This document shows positions 26,388-40,464 of a stretch of DNA of 64,000 bases, piece by piece; the first letter of the stretch is position 1; each line of letters starts with the position of its first letter. The DNA comes from Octopus vulgaris (Eukaryota), in assembly GCA_951406725.2 (NCBI GenBank), contig OX597818.1, positions 65,472,001 to 65,536,000 of the forward strand. Direction: 5' to 3'. The notes beneath the pieces are model-generated. The model ran no database searches and was not told the DNA's origin. It saw nothing but the letters and a program-made list of their open reading frames with translations. Made by a program: the position numbers and the translations under genes.

Positions 26388-26759
26388 TGGATGTTCCCTG
26401 GGAGCCTCTCTCCAAAAAACGAATTTAATCCAACAACATCGTTGCAATGGAAGAAAGGTTCCACAAAATATCTTTTCCAAATGTTCTTTTAAGGCAAAGT
26501 AACTAAAAAGTCCGAACTATTATTGCCGTATATAGTATGGTTTTCTTTCTTTTATTCATAATATTTCCATGTGACATGCATAAGAAATAGAAGCGAATAT
26601 CAGAGCTCTTGAAAGACAGTAAGTACATAAATTGATTAATTAATTAATTAATTAAATAAGTATACATGCAACTGTTTATGCATACACGTAGACATTTTAA
26701 TTGTAAAGTATACATGCAACTGTTTGTGCATACAATTTACACATTTTAATTATAAAGCA

Positions 26760-29700
26760 TAAATAATGCTTACACGCGCTCACACGTACACACAGAAAGA
26801 AAAACCACGTTACGCGGACGAAAACAAAACAAAAACAAAGCGATTTTTCACGAACAAACGCAAAAAAGAGCAAATTGGTCACTGAATTTAGAAAGTCACT
26901 GAACAGTTATGCCCGGAAACATGACTACCAAAATAAATAGAGGCGAATTTCGATCTGTAAGTCTTATGCGAGTTCGATATGAACAATATATTAATTCGGA
27001 GAATTCAGAAGCGGTGTTTTGTCAAAAAATTGACCCTGTACAAACAGCCCCTTCTTCTAACGTCACCGTCACAGAGGCGGCGTCTTGTCAAAAAGTTGAC
27101 TCTGAAAAAATGGACCCCTCTGATGTCGCCGTCAATCATTTAATGAAAACAAGCCAAAAATCATGCCGGATCGGTCATCGCCCGGGACAACAAGGACCGC
27201 GTTACCCAGTAGGGAACCAGACTGGGGTCGAAAAGTTTGCTGCTGGAACAAACTCTCAAAAAGACGATCTACCAGGTGACCAGAACCAGAATACTTCTAA
27301 CTCTGGACTTGTAGTGACACCACCAAAAACACCACCTAAAGCAAAACGTATAAAATGGACCAGAGAGGACTATAGAGATGTGTTGAAAGCTTTTTATACA
27401 GCCCAACTAAACCCAAACAATAACCTCAGTGTACAAACATACATCTCATGGAGAAATTCAGTAGGCAATGACGTACGTAGATATATAGACGCAAATAAAT
27501 TAAGTAATGTACGCAGAGATATAATTAAAAACAAAAGACTAACTGACGCTGAAATTGACAAAATTAGGACACTAATAGCTCATGGTAGACCAAAAGAAAA
27601 CAGCAACAATGTAGACGAAATAGGTAACAGTAGCACAGAAGCCAGTGTACAAGCGGCAAATCAACTTCCCAATGGGGAAGTTAAACAAAGAATAGCGAAG
27701 ACGAGAGATTTGAAAAAATGAGGAGAACGTAGACCTTCCTCAAGAAAACCAAAATAGATATGACATAGAATTTGAGGTGAATAATAGAGAAAAGATTATG
27801 GAAGCAAAAGTGGACATTATGAGAGAACTCGGCAAGATTGAGCTCACTGACATGGTTAATAGAGAACCACTACCAAAGTTTTCAAATGGCACAAGAAATA
27901 ACAACACAATCATGACATATAACGTTGCCCTAGGACAGATCTTAAGAAATAAGGGGAATGATTTGACAACCTTAAATAATCTCATTTATTCCACTGCTAA
28001 AGTAGTAACTACCCAACTAGGTATTAAGATGACAAAGAAAAAGGCCAGGCATGTCAATGAACCTCCTAAGTGGAAAGTAACGATACAAAAAGAGATTGAA
28101 TCTCTGCGGGCGGATGTTTCAGTTCTCGATGAGCTTGCTAGAGGAGTGAATATTAAGCCGAGAAAAGCTAGAAAAATCAAGCAAAAATATAAAATCAAAG
28201 ATCTCATAAACCTCCCTGCAACTAAGGAACTGTTGAAACAACGGATACAGTTGAAAGCTCAACGGCTTAGAAGGTATGACAAAAGAAACAAATTTTATCG
28301 ACAAAATAAATTTTTTAAGACAGATGCAAAGAAATTTTATAGGGAAATTGGCAAAAATAAAATACACATAGAAGATCCACCTAATATTGAGGAAGTGGAG
28401 GAGTTCTGGAAGAAGGTATGGAGCAACGAAAAAGAGTTTAATGCTGAGGCTGACTGGATAGAACGTGAGAAAGAGAGACTGGATGAACTTGAAGAACAGA
28501 AAAGGGAAGCAATAGGAATAGAGGAGCTAAGGTGTGTCCTTAGGAAGGCTCATAAATGGAAAACCCCAGGACTGGATCGGATCCCTAACTTTTGGCTGAA
28601 TTGTTTGACAGAGGTACACGAACATCTCGCTGCATCTCTGTCTGATGTCATTCAGAACCCAGAGCAAATACCTGCTTGGCTGACTGAAGGAACCACCTAC
28701 CTATTACCTAAAACCGACGACACAAAAACCCAAAGAATTACCGGCCAATAACATGTCTCAACACCACCTACAAAATCCTCACATCCATAATAACGGAGAG
28801 AATGTACGCTTTCCTTGAACAAAATTCTATCCTTCCACAAGCTCAAAAAGGTTGTAAAAGAAACTCTTATGGGTGCAAAGACCAATTGCTCATAAACAGA
28901 ATGATTGTAGAGAATTGCCGGAGCAAAAACAAAAACCTGAGTATGACATGGATAGACTACAGGAAAGCGTATGACAGTGTCCCACATAAATGGATACTCA
29001 AGGCCCTTGAGATATACAAGATCTCTCCTGTCGTCTCAAAATTCTTAGAGAATAGCATGACCATGTGGAACACACGTCTCTTTCTAATAGTAATGGGATG
29101 AGCCAGTCCAACAGCATCAACATCAAACGAGGCATCTTTCAAGGCGACTCTCTCTCTCCATTACTTTTTTGCATGGCACTGATCCCACTCGCAAACGAAT
29201 TGGATAGTACCAGATATGGGTACAAAGTTTTTAGTAAGTTAATAAACCACCTTTTCTATATGGACGACCTAAAGCTGTTTGCCAGGAATGACCAAGAGCT
29301 AGAAGGGCTGCTAACAACTGTTAAAGAGTTTAGCAATGATATCGGAATGGATTTTGGCCTTGATAAGTGTGCTAAAGCAACTTTTGTAAGAGGCAAGATC
29401 AGGCAAACAGCTTCTGTTAAATTAGATATTGACACTACCATCAAGGAACTTGACCCACAGGAAAGTTACAAATACCTAGGAATCAACGAAGGAGATGGTA
29501 TACATCATGCTACTATGAAGGAAAAAATAAGAAAGGAATACTATAGGAGAATAAGGCTTGTACTGAAGACTGAACTCAACTCCAAAAATTGCATTGAGGC
29601 CATTAACACCCTGGCACTTCCAGTAGTCCAGTACAGTTTTAACATCATTAACTGGAACCTTACGGAACTCCAACGCTTGGACAGGAAGACAAGAAAGTTA

Positions 29701-30950
29701 CTGACATCCAAGAGCATGCACCACCCTAAGGCAGATGTAGACCGCTTGTACCTACCTAGAAGCAGCGGGGGGGGGGAGGAATGATGCAATTAGAGCTGTG
29801 CTATAAGACCTCTACTGTAGGAATGAACAGGTACCTATCTAGTACAAAGGACTGGATGCTGCGACTTGTGTGCGAACACGAAAGCAGCAAAAAGCTGCAT
29901 TCTATTGTCAAGGAAGCTTATAAGTTCGAAAGGGAACTAGACATTAACCTTGAATCAGATGAAGAGCCGGAAACCACTGCTACCAAGCAAGCAAAGCGAA
30001 TCAAGCAGACTGCAAAAAAGAACGGGCAGAATCAAATTGAGAGGCGGTGGAGCCAGAAGCCCCTGCATGGACAATATATTCTCCGAAGCCAAAATGCTGA
30101 TGTAGACCAAGCAACAACCCATCAGTGGCTGAAGAGCTCTGGATTGAAAGCAGAGACTGAAGGTTTCATAATGGCAGCACAAGATCAAAGCTTGTTTACC
30201 AGAAATTACCAGGCTAACGTTCTCCGAAACGGTACTGACCCTAAATGCAGATTCTGCGACACATTTGACGAAACGATAGACCATCTCGTTTCGGGATGTC
30301 CTGTGCTGACACCAAACGAATACAAAAATCGCCACGATAGGGTAGGACAGTATATACATTGGAAGATATGAAACACTACAAACGACACTGCTAAACACTA
30401 TCCTCAGCCAGTTGTTGAAGGTAAAGATGTCACCATCCTCTGGGATTTTCCAGTCAACACTGACAGAACGATCAAGGCTAATCGACCAGACATAATTGTT
30501 AAAGACAGGGAAGAAAATACCTGCAGACTAATAGAAGTAAGCGTCCCCACTGATAAAAATGTATCTGTCAAGGAATTTGACAAACTTAGTAAATATAAGG
30601 ACCTGGAAATCGAAATACAGAGGATGTGGAATCTTAAAACAAAAACTTTTCCTGTTATTGTAGGTGCCCTAGGTATGATAAAAAAAGGGATGTTAGAAAC
30701 ACCTAGACAATATCCCTGGAAAACCATGTCTCAAGGAAATCCAAAAGATTGTGCCAACAAGTACTGCCCACATCCTTAGAAAAACCCTATCAATGTAAAT
30801 GTTTGTGTTTGCATTACATGGAGATATATCTCTACTTCCCCTCCCCAAGCTTTCAGCTATATTTCAACAACTCTTAACCTTCACTTGCCCTAGGGCGCTG
30901 GGTGTGCCCCGGCAGGTGATTGCATCAAACATGCAGATTAAAAGTAAATG
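26760..30950 (+). mobile_element. near full-length R4/Dong-clade non-LTR retrotransposon (5' boundary uncertain, could extend to 26387)
   Basis: Single disrupted ORF with RT, CCHC and REL domains, a structured 3' UTR, and a (TAA)n tail at 30951-31120. Confidence 0.92.
26909..30798 (+). pseudogene. R4/Dong polyprotein (N-terminal domain, reverse transcriptase, CCHC finger, restriction-like endonuclease), about 6 frameshifts
   Basis: KWTREDY, KTPGLD, NYRPITCL, WIDYRKAYDSVPH, GIFQGDSLSP, HLFYMDDLKL, YKYLG, CRFC..TIDHLVSGC, RHD, RPDIIVKD..IEVSVP, K..KY and PVIVGALG across ORFs at 26909, 27777, 28802, 29065 and 29781. Confidence 0.93.
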
Positions 30951-30979
30951 ACAATGATAATAATAATAATAATAATAAT

Positions 30980-31035
<56 letters not shown>

Positions 31036-31040
31036 TGATG

Positions 31041-31101
<61 letters not shown>

Positions 31102-31120
31102 TAATAATAAATATAATAAT

Positions 31121-31590
31121 AAATCCTGTGTACAACAATGATTCATTGTGACCACCTGACCAGACATCGGAAAGCAGAGGTTGTGGTAGTGAATAAAAAA
31201 AAGAAAGAAAAGAACATGCATGATAATCTCACACAGCATGACTCGTTGAGAAGATCAAAGAGAAAAAAGAAGAAACATGTTAAACTTCTACGATTTGAGG
31301 CGAGAAATACGAAGGTTGTGGTATCTGAGGGGAATAGACGTGATTCTAATAGTAATTGACTCCCTTCGAAGTATCAGCACTGAATTAGCAACAGGTCTCA
31401 GAAACAGTTGTTGCAAATGTAATGATAGAATACCTAGAAAAATCAGCATTTCCTGGAACAGCAAGAATACATCGCAGGGTGCCTGAGGCATGACTAGTAA
31501 ACAAGTGTCAACTTAGTTCGCTATGGACAGCTGACACTTTCCATCATAATCTGCAAAATAAGCTGAGAGTCTTCGTGAAATAATGACTTT
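31121..31590 (+). mobile_element. decayed Dong-like 3' fragment directly after the (TAA)n tail
   Basis: IHCDHLTRHRKAEVVVV, YDLRREIRRLW and GTARI motifs of the REL domain. Confidence 0.7.
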
Positions 31591-32263
31591 TATTATATAC
31601 AGAGTCATCGAGGGGGCAGGGGGTATAGCAAGGACAGACAACGACTTTCGTTGGGATTTACATTAAAAGATGGACAGAAAAGAAAATTTCCAGCCTTGGT
31701 AGCAGTGTGGCATATTCTTCAACACTGAAGATAAAGAAATACAATTACAAGCCCAGCTTTACAAGTGAAATCCTCCTTCCACGTAATTTTAGAAACCTGA
31801 AAGAATATTTTATTTTTTGTGATTATTATAAAAAAAACACGCTTGAAAGCTTCCGGTTATTTAACGTCCACATTTTAAAAGCAACTTCAAAATAAGGGAC
31901 TCTCTATGAATATATAATTCTTTAATTTCTCTGAGACATTCGAGTATCCACACATGATTCTTTCATTTACAAGAAAACGATGAAGCGCCCCCAACACTCA
32001 ACGCACCGAACAATTTCCAGAACAGATAACAAAGGATGAATATAGGCAACTGTCTTTATTTCCAAACTGTGCAATTTACAAACAGTACAATTACGAGTAA
32101 CGGGAAAAAAATAGCTGAAACATTAACAAAGAACACTCTTAAACTCAGCGCTAGGACAATACTCTTAACAGTAAAACTAAACTTCGTTGAACATTGTAAA
32201 AATCATTGGTATATAAGTATTTATGTGTGTGTGTATATATGTATGCATTTATGAATGTGTATG

Positions 32264-32314
<51 letters not shown>

Positions 32315-32321
<7 letters not shown>

Positions 32322-32485
32322 TAAATTAGAGACAAAACCACTATTAGACAAATCATACAATCAAAAACTTAAGCCAATACATAAGATTATTTAATTTATA
32401 TTATATAAATATATAACAAAATTATTAAAAGAATATAATTAATATAACACTATATAAGTTTGGATTTATTCCCTAATATTTATTA

Positions 32486-32490
<5 letters not shown>
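32315..32490. repeat. rearranged copy of the 8735-9152 pLTR family in (TA)n
   Basis: GAGACAAAACCACTATTA is the reverse complement of about 9043-9061. GATTTATTCCC-AATATT is in direct orientation. Confidence 0.65.
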
Positions 32491-32538
<48 letters not shown>

Positions 32539-32542
<4 letters not shown>

Positions 32543-32780
32543 GCGGTACAACAAGGCAGAAATGGTTACTGGAAATAGAAGTCGACAGATTTATGACACT
32601 ATAGTAAAGCTTTAATATTTATATACTGGCAAAGACGTGTGAAGGCAGGGAGTATAAAAAAAATTCGCTTTAACTCTAGGAAGAACATTATATAAAAGGA
32701 CAACCCAGAATCGGATAATCTAGTACCTATGTTTCGGACATTGCAAATGTTCTGTTTCAATATTAGACTGGATGCATGTA
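32539..32780 (-). mobile_element. pLTR-like remnant with degenerate hammerhead
   Basis: The minus strand has ACATT-TGC-AATGT-CC-GAAA-CATAGG-TA-CTAG. Flanked by (TA)n. Confidence 0.45.
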
Positions 32781-33829
32781 TATATATATATATATTTGAT
32801 CAATATATATATTTGATCAAACATTGAACTAGAGCAAGACAGTCACATTGTACGTAGAATCTTTCGTTTCTATTGTTATTGAAAACAGTAATAAATCATG
32901 GCCCTTCACATTTATTGACCTTTACTGTCTGCACTACAGCATATACTACTCCCTCTCTTGTTTCCCTGTCAACCGTTATCGGATTTACTTATAGACTGAA
33001 GATACTTAACTGTATGTCGGTCAAATTGCTTCTCCTTCTGCAACTATTCTATCGACACAGATATACAAATGACTACTCCAAACACAAGAGATATGAATTG
33101 CTTCTACAAATATTTAATATCGGCACTGCATAAATATCTTGCACTTTATAGCACCCAGGACATTGGCCCATTTGCAAATAACACTAGGAAAGCAATAACA
33201 AAAGACTTCATAGTGCATGAATCACGTAATATATATGCTAGAATCTCGCACAATGCTAGAAAATATCATATATTAAACGTAGAAAACATGACAAATAAAT
33301 GTTCACATACACATGAATGTGGCCACAGTGGGACAAGTCAAATTAACATTCAAAAACATAAATACAATATTACGCAAAATTATTTCAAATCTTTGAATCA
33401 GGAAACTGTTTCATCCTTGTGGCTTTCATTTTCAAACATCTCTCAAAAATACCATAGACTTCCTTTACATTTTTTGTTAAAGATAAATCCCGCGTTTTTC
33501 CCCCTTTAGGATCCTGAAGTTCTTTCGTCATGTTCTTCATCAGCAAGGAGTTCTCCTGCTAGCATTTTCAGAAATTCGCTTCTAGATTGGAGTTGTTTTA
33601 TACTTGTGTTTGAATTGTCGGTGCTTGTTGAATACATACAAGAAAAAAATATTGCAAGCCGCTGTATTAGTGAAATTCAAAATCGAGGCAGATGAATAAA
33701 TACTCCATTGCATTTTCCGTCTCTACAGCACGAGACCAAATCCTCCCCGCCAGAAATTACCAAAAACATATAATGAAAAGAAACATAAAAATTAACTGCA
33801 GAATATATGTGTACATAGAGAAGCAACAA

Positions 33830-34441
33830 TAAATTATATTGTCTCTGATATATATTCCTTCTTAGCCACTCCTGGCTAAGAAGGAATATATCCACAGACA
33901 CGCCAGATTTGGGATCCATATGCACTGGAAGCTATGCCAACGCTTTAGAATAACATAATGTTGGCATAAAAAAAAATGAGAAAGAAGTCGTATTATCGGA
34001 TATGCCAATGCACACAAGTAGAGAAATTCAGGCCAATAGACAGTATATAGTTGTCAGAGATCACCAAGAAATAAATGCTTTCTAATCGATACATCAATAT
34101 TGACAGATGACAATTCTTCTCTAAAGAAACGGAGAAATGTTCAAAATGCAAAGATCCGGAGAGAGAGGTAGCGTTAATGAGGAGTCTAAAAAAACTGAAA
34201 TAATTCTTCTCATAGTAGGCCCATAAGGTATGATAAAGGAATATTCAGACAATTACATAGCAAAACAAAAAGGAATAACAAGTATATATAGCATACAGAA
34301 AATAGCACTGTTAGGCACCGCACAATTCCTACGGAAAACACATTTAATACAGAAAAGAAAGAGCATCACAACAGCACATTCTCGAGGCTCACAGAGTTGC
34401 ACTCGGTAGTGCAGTGAACACACGTGATAAAAATAAGACTA

Positions 34442-34505
<64 letters not shown>
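33830..34505 (+). mobile_element. decayed Dong-like 3' fragment ending in (AAT)n
   Basis: REL motifs (RP, LLGTAQFLRK). The 3' UTR GCACTCGGTAGTGCAGTGAAC..ACTACTG is shared with 51190-51290. Confidence 0.75.
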
Positions 34506-34507
<2 letters not shown>

Positions 34508-34676
34508 GAATTATTACTACCCATGTATTTTAATTTAACTTAAAAAAAAAGAAAAAAAAAGTGAACGAACTATTGAGATGAGTTTCTTTGTCCTAGGAGT
34601 CGGGAAGACACTCGGCAAGAAATGGAAGCAAATTTGAAAGAAGAAACAAAAAGTAATAACAATAATAATAATAATA

Positions 34677-34742
<66 letters not shown>

Positions 34743-34789
34743 GTAATAATAAAAATAATGATAATAATAACAATAACAATAATAATGGA

Positions 34790-34904
34790 TCATATATATA
34801 GCATGCCTAGCTGACAAGTTATGCGATAAGGAAGAAAGAAAAGTTGATAGATATGGGAGGTTATGTTAGATTGGGAGGTTAAGCAGTTGCTGTCGCTGAA
34901 AAAT

Positions 34905-34940
<36 letters not shown>

Positions 34941-36000
34941 ACAATAATTGTTCGTGATGATGATGATGGTGACGAACGTTACCTTACCTCAGTTTATGAG
35001 AGACAGGAACTTCAGAAAACTACTAGTTGTAAAAACTAAAATGAAGCTGGACCTTCAACGGAAGGCCTCTTGAGCGGCAGTGGGTCAGTAAAGATGCAGA
35101 GTGACCACCTACTGTCACCCTAATGGAACATCAGCAGATAATGGATCAAGGAGGAGGAAGTGGACTGCGAAGAAAACAGCATAGTGATACAGTGTTACTT
35201 AGAAAGATACCCTAAAAGAATGGGCTGTAAAAACGGATGTTAACACCGTGGGTAGAGAAGGGTATGCCCAAAGTGACTGGGCTGAGATTTGTTTATCAAG
35301 CTAATGTTATTCGGAGAAGACAGTGAATGACAAGTTTGGAGATGGATGAAATCACAAGAGAGCGGGAAAAGAAAGATCAGGCTGTGGGAAAGACAAGCAA
35401 CATCATAATTGATACACCACAAACCAAGGAAAGCCTAAAGAAAAAGAAATTAATAATAGCGCTACCAATAAGGAAGGGACAACTGGCAGCAATGGCTGAA
35501 GAGATTTCAGGGAGGAAGATCAGAAGATTTTCGGTGACATGCAGGACGTAATAAGTAAAGAAGTAAGAAAAAGTTTAACAGCATTAGAAGACATCAACAG
35601 AAGCAAGCTATAAGACATGACTAGGAAAGTAGATTCCGTTATCAGGAGGATAGCTACTAAACATATATAAGACTCTAATAAATTGTATAAAGTGTTGCCA
35701 AACAAGCTACAAAACAATGAATACACCTCAATCATGTGGGACACACTTGTTCAAACCGAATAAGAAATATAAGCTAAGCACCACAAAAATAATGATCAAA
35801 GATTGGAAGAAAAAAACAACTGCATACTGATAAGCATTGCTTTCCCTTCTGACCAAATTATTGTCCAAAAATAAGTGGAAAAAGTTGTCAAGATGTGAGT
35901 CGTGAAGGTCAAAACAATACTAGTAATACATCGAGAATTGAACATGATAAAAAAGAAATGAACAAAAATGTAGAAGAACGTTGGAAGTAAAGCACAAAGT
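34790..36000 (+). mobile_element. mosaic of decayed R4/Dong-like fragments
   Basis: CDKEERKV motif (cf. 50480), a KWT..EN..VIQCY-like N-terminal motif at about 35160, and an IMWD motif at about 35730. Confidence 0.5.
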
Positions 36001-36204
36001 GGGTAATCAGAAATGAGAAAACGAATTGCTAATTATTGCCACAAAGGAGCGTTTTATTAGGATGAATTTCATAGGACCAATAATTAATAAGACCCTATCA
36101 ATTGACGTATCATATTTTCTTAGGAAATCGCTAAATGCGATTTGTATAACCACTTGGTTTTATTGAAATTAATTATTCTGCATTGTCGAAATCCAGGCAT
36201 AGTA

Positions 36205-36575
36205 ATATTGGTATCGAATTTCGGTTCAAGGCCAATAATTTTGGGCTAGGGGCCATCTCAATTAAATCAACTCCAGTAATCAACTAGTACTTATTTTATC
36301 GGTCCCGAATTGATGAAAGGAAAATCTAACTTGGTGGAATTTGGCCTCAGAATGTAGAGACGGACAAAATGCTGCTAAGCGTTTTGATCGATCGTCATCA
36401 GCTTCCCCGCATTTCGTCCGTCTTTATGTTCTAATTTCAAATCCCATCGAAGTCAACTTTGTCTTTCATTTTGAAGGATTTGATAAAACCAGAGCCAGTT
36501 CAGCACTGGGGTCGATGTAACCGAATTGGCCTCTAAACTGAAATGGTTCGGGCTTGTGCAAACATTTCAAATCAA
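36205..36575. mobile_element. two old SINE family C-related copies, head to head
   Basis: Minus-strand core at 36210-36385 and plus-strand core at 36410-36575 (GTCAACTTTGTCTTTCAT..CACTGGGGTCGATGTAAC). Confidence 0.6.
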
Positions 36576-36849
36576 TGAAGCTCAAAGAATCAAAACGGAT
36601 AATGAGACTCTGGAAAGAAATAGCTTCTAGTATGAAGTATGTGGCCTTCACCAAATCTGGACTGCTCTCCGTGACAGTATGATCTATATTAAATACACTG
36701 TGTTTAGAATTTTATTTTATCGTTTTATGCATTGGAATAACTAATATAGCGATGTTCACTCGACGTTATATAAATTTCGAAGTGAAAATAGATCTAACGC
36801 CACAAAACAAAATAGACGTTCTCGTAAAAAGGTGAAATACTATACAACT

Positions 36850-37900
36850 AAAAAGATTCCACGTTGCAAGAGTATAAATTGAAATCTAGTTTAAGAGCCA
36901 CCTATCAGAAGAGATAATGTGGACTTTAAGTGATATTCAAAAACAGACAGTAAACCAGTTGAGTAGCAACAGACATTACAGGTTAAGAATAAACACCTAT
37001 ATTTCAGATATAATAGCCAATTATAAGTGAATTCTTCATAAAATTAGTTCTGCCTTCCTGCAGATGCAAACCGTAATATCTATAGATTCAATAACCTAAT
37101 TTATTCAGCAGCGATAGCAAACACCAAGGGAAATCTGGATCGATATTAATAGATTAAAGCAAACCTTTTGAAAAAAGATCTTATACAACAATCTAAAAGT
37201 AAAAAAAAAAATTGTATCTATTTTTGAATGGAATAAAAAAGGAGTGCTCTAAAAGGAGAAAAAAAGAATTAAAAGAAAGGGTAATCAATTCAGTTAAGAA
37301 AATACATATAAAAAAACTGGAACAATTTTGGAAAGGAAAACGATTGGAGCCAATGATCCTATCAAGCATTTCTGAGATAGAAGCAACAAAGAAATTTTGG
37401 TGGAAATCATGAGCGATTTGTCTTTTTTTTATTTGTGTGAGTAAAGTATATGAAACAAGTATTAAACATATTCACTGGGGAAAATAAAGGAAATTCTATA
37501 ATATTGGAATATATAACAAAAGCAACACATATTTATTCTCATAAAGAAGAAATAATCAGTAGAATATAAACGTATGCCAAAAACAAAAAAAAAAAACAAA
37601 AAAGCAAACTCTATAAAATAATCAATAACAGTTTACGCTAAAACATTTCCGGGATTGGTAAGCACATGGATTCCTAATATTAATAATTAACTGTTATATA
37701 CGAAATCTTAGCAACTACTTTTGGTGAATTATATAGAAACCATTATAAACCCCGAATTGTTACTAGAAAGGGAAATAATATCCCTAAGTACAAAAATAAA
37801 ACAAGCACAAAGTATAGAATTTATTGATTAATCAGAAAGCTATTGAACAAAACAGAAATATAGAGAAAAATTAAAGAAGCCTACGCTCTGTTTATTACCC
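36850..37900 (+). mobile_element. highly decayed R4/Dong-like N-terminal/pre-RT region
   Basis: NNLIYSAA and ..KKFW motifs are collinear with 27975-28420. Confidence 0.4.
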
Positions 37901-40464
37901 ATAAGCTTTTGGCGGATTAGAAAAGATATTAGTAGTAGCTCTACTGTATATAAACAAAGCAGTCCATTCTTAAATTACGTGAACAGACTACGTTTTAATA
38001 TGTATGGTTGTATAACGTGTTTATAAGCAAGAGTGGATAAAATGAATATATTAGTAAGCGAATAGGACAAAACTACTAAATGATACGTTTTGATTGAAAT
38101 AAATCTGAGAAGGTTATGGAAGTTACACGTGTAGAAAAGAGAGCAAATACATATAATTAAGGTTGGACGAAACTCATTAGATACAGTATTCATAAGTGAA
38201 CAAATATTTACGCTCAAGATCGAAGTCAATGACTCGTATTGATTTCGAAGTAAAGCATAAACACTTCACGACTCTGAATGGAGAGTGGGCCATTCGAACC
38301 TGCCCCTACCAATCCCCTGCATTTAGATATATACAAATTTGAAGCCAGTTCAAATATGCTTGAGAAATGGTTGAACCCGTAACAGCTTTTGGTTACTGTT
38401 TGTAACAGAGAAAACATTCTCGCTTAATACTATATCGATTGCAGTGCCATGAAGGAAGCTAGTCTTTCTGGTCAGGTCAGAGCTATCTGGTGGCGAAGAA
38501 ATCTAACGAGGGAGAAACACAACTATTAGTATAATAGAGGGCGCTGTGGATTGACTACGGTGTTTTAGTTCCTTTTCACTTCATCAAAATTTACTTTTTC
38601 ATTTGTAATAAAGTGCAGGGAAAAGTCGTTACAGCTTCAAAACTTCGCCAATGTATTTAAAATAGTCATAAGTATGTATTGATTCCATCTCTGTCAATGC
38701 TAGGCTCACCTACTCCTCACTTCATTTTACAATCTTTTATAGGATGCGGAGAAATATATTTGAAAAGTACCAAGTACAAAACGACAGAATGCGGAATATA
38801 AAAAAAAGTGTATGAAAATTCATATACGTAAGTCACGTATGAAAAAATTGGACGCAGACAGCAGAAGAGATCTAATGTACAAAATATTGTTAAACATTTC
38901 TACACAAAAGGCGGGGGAATTTTTACAAAAATGACCAGACACATTACGGAAACTAATATAAAAATAGAAAACATATTCAAGACCGACTTTATAATGAGTA
39001 TTTTACCTCACACTTAAGCATTTGCAGCAGTACGATGAATATTGAATCTAGAATGGCTGCCTTACGGAAGCTTTGGTCATATTACTTAAAAGAAGAAAAT
39101 GTTAAGAAGAATTGGAAGTTTAAAGTACCTTTACGAATGAAATAAGTATATATATTTATAGGTTATAAATTCAAGCATTTTACTGTTTAAATTATTGAGA
39201 AGAAGTTTAAACATTCATATTCCGTATAATATATTTCCGGAGATTTAGATTATGAATTTCTATTTGCTATCAAATATGCCACGTTCCTAATTATGGAGAC
39301 GATAGACACACACATAAAACACTACAGGGTGTATGTTATAAATAAAATAAAACCTTTGAAAACTTAAAGAACGGAAGAAACAGACAATTTAGCCAATCTC
39401 TAAACTAAGACTCTTACTCTCAGGGCATTTGTCTAAACACGGAATATAAAACAAATATTCACAAAGTGGAATTCGGGAATCTGCTTGAATTTTTTTAACA
39501 ACATCATTCATTTTAGTATCCTGTGAAAACAAGAATTAAAGGTGTTTATATTAGCAGGAAAATCTCAATCAATTTAAGAAGTCATATTTCCCTGAAGCTA
39601 AGCACATTTCTGACATTTGTATAATGTATCGAGAAAAATCTTATTGTTTTATCTGGTTTTCCTCCCCCAAATTGAATGCAATGTCATAACAATCAATTCT
39701 GCGTCTATGAAAGCTGGAACAATGGTACTTAGGGCAGTTTAAAGTTCTACGTCTAGAAACTTCTAATATTTTGTCAATGTATTTTAGTTTATAAAATGAA
39801 CACAAGGCATTGATTTCACTGCGTCATGCATTTCCACATTCCTTGAATTTCCCTGGCTTAGTAACGATTATTATGAAGTGGTCGTCAAAAATATTCTTAC
39901 GATTCAGGAGAAAGGTCTGCTATTTTACTGACAGTAGTTAGCACATCCAACTCGACATGGATGTGCTCTTCTTAACGCCTAGGTTAACGCCCCAAGAAAT
40001 CATATCATGGGGATGACAGTTACTGTTCGTTACAAACGTCGCTGTTTCAGGAACAGCTAAGTTATACATAGTCTGCTAACTTTACTCCACACCATCAGAT
40101 GTTGGCTGATGCTAAATACATCGGTTTGACTGATTTTCGCGCATGCATTCGTTATTTTGCTACCTATTGCTAATGAATTAAAGTAAAATCGTGGAATATC
40201 ATTCTGCCATCACATGGTGCTAGCAAAGTTTCGTCAAACGATATTATCTGCGCTTTTCAATATTTGCTGTCTACACGAGAAGATTTATTGGGGCATTTAC
40301 TGCATCCATAGGCGTTATACACAAAACATCCTCGTTAGGATGAATAAGCTAACACATATTGCAATATCCGTTACAAAGACTGTTTCCATCGCTAGGGTAC
40401 AACCTACCAAAAACCTGTCTACGAATGTGTAGCTGAGATGAATGAGCAAATGACTAAAAAAAAA

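Noticed and set aside
26909-27721. Separate ORF1 (gag-like) of the LINE
   Set aside because: R4-clade elements have a single ORF, and the break is explained by a frameshift at an A-run near 27713.
33069-33509. 146-aa ORF
   Set aside because: No domain signature or splice support.
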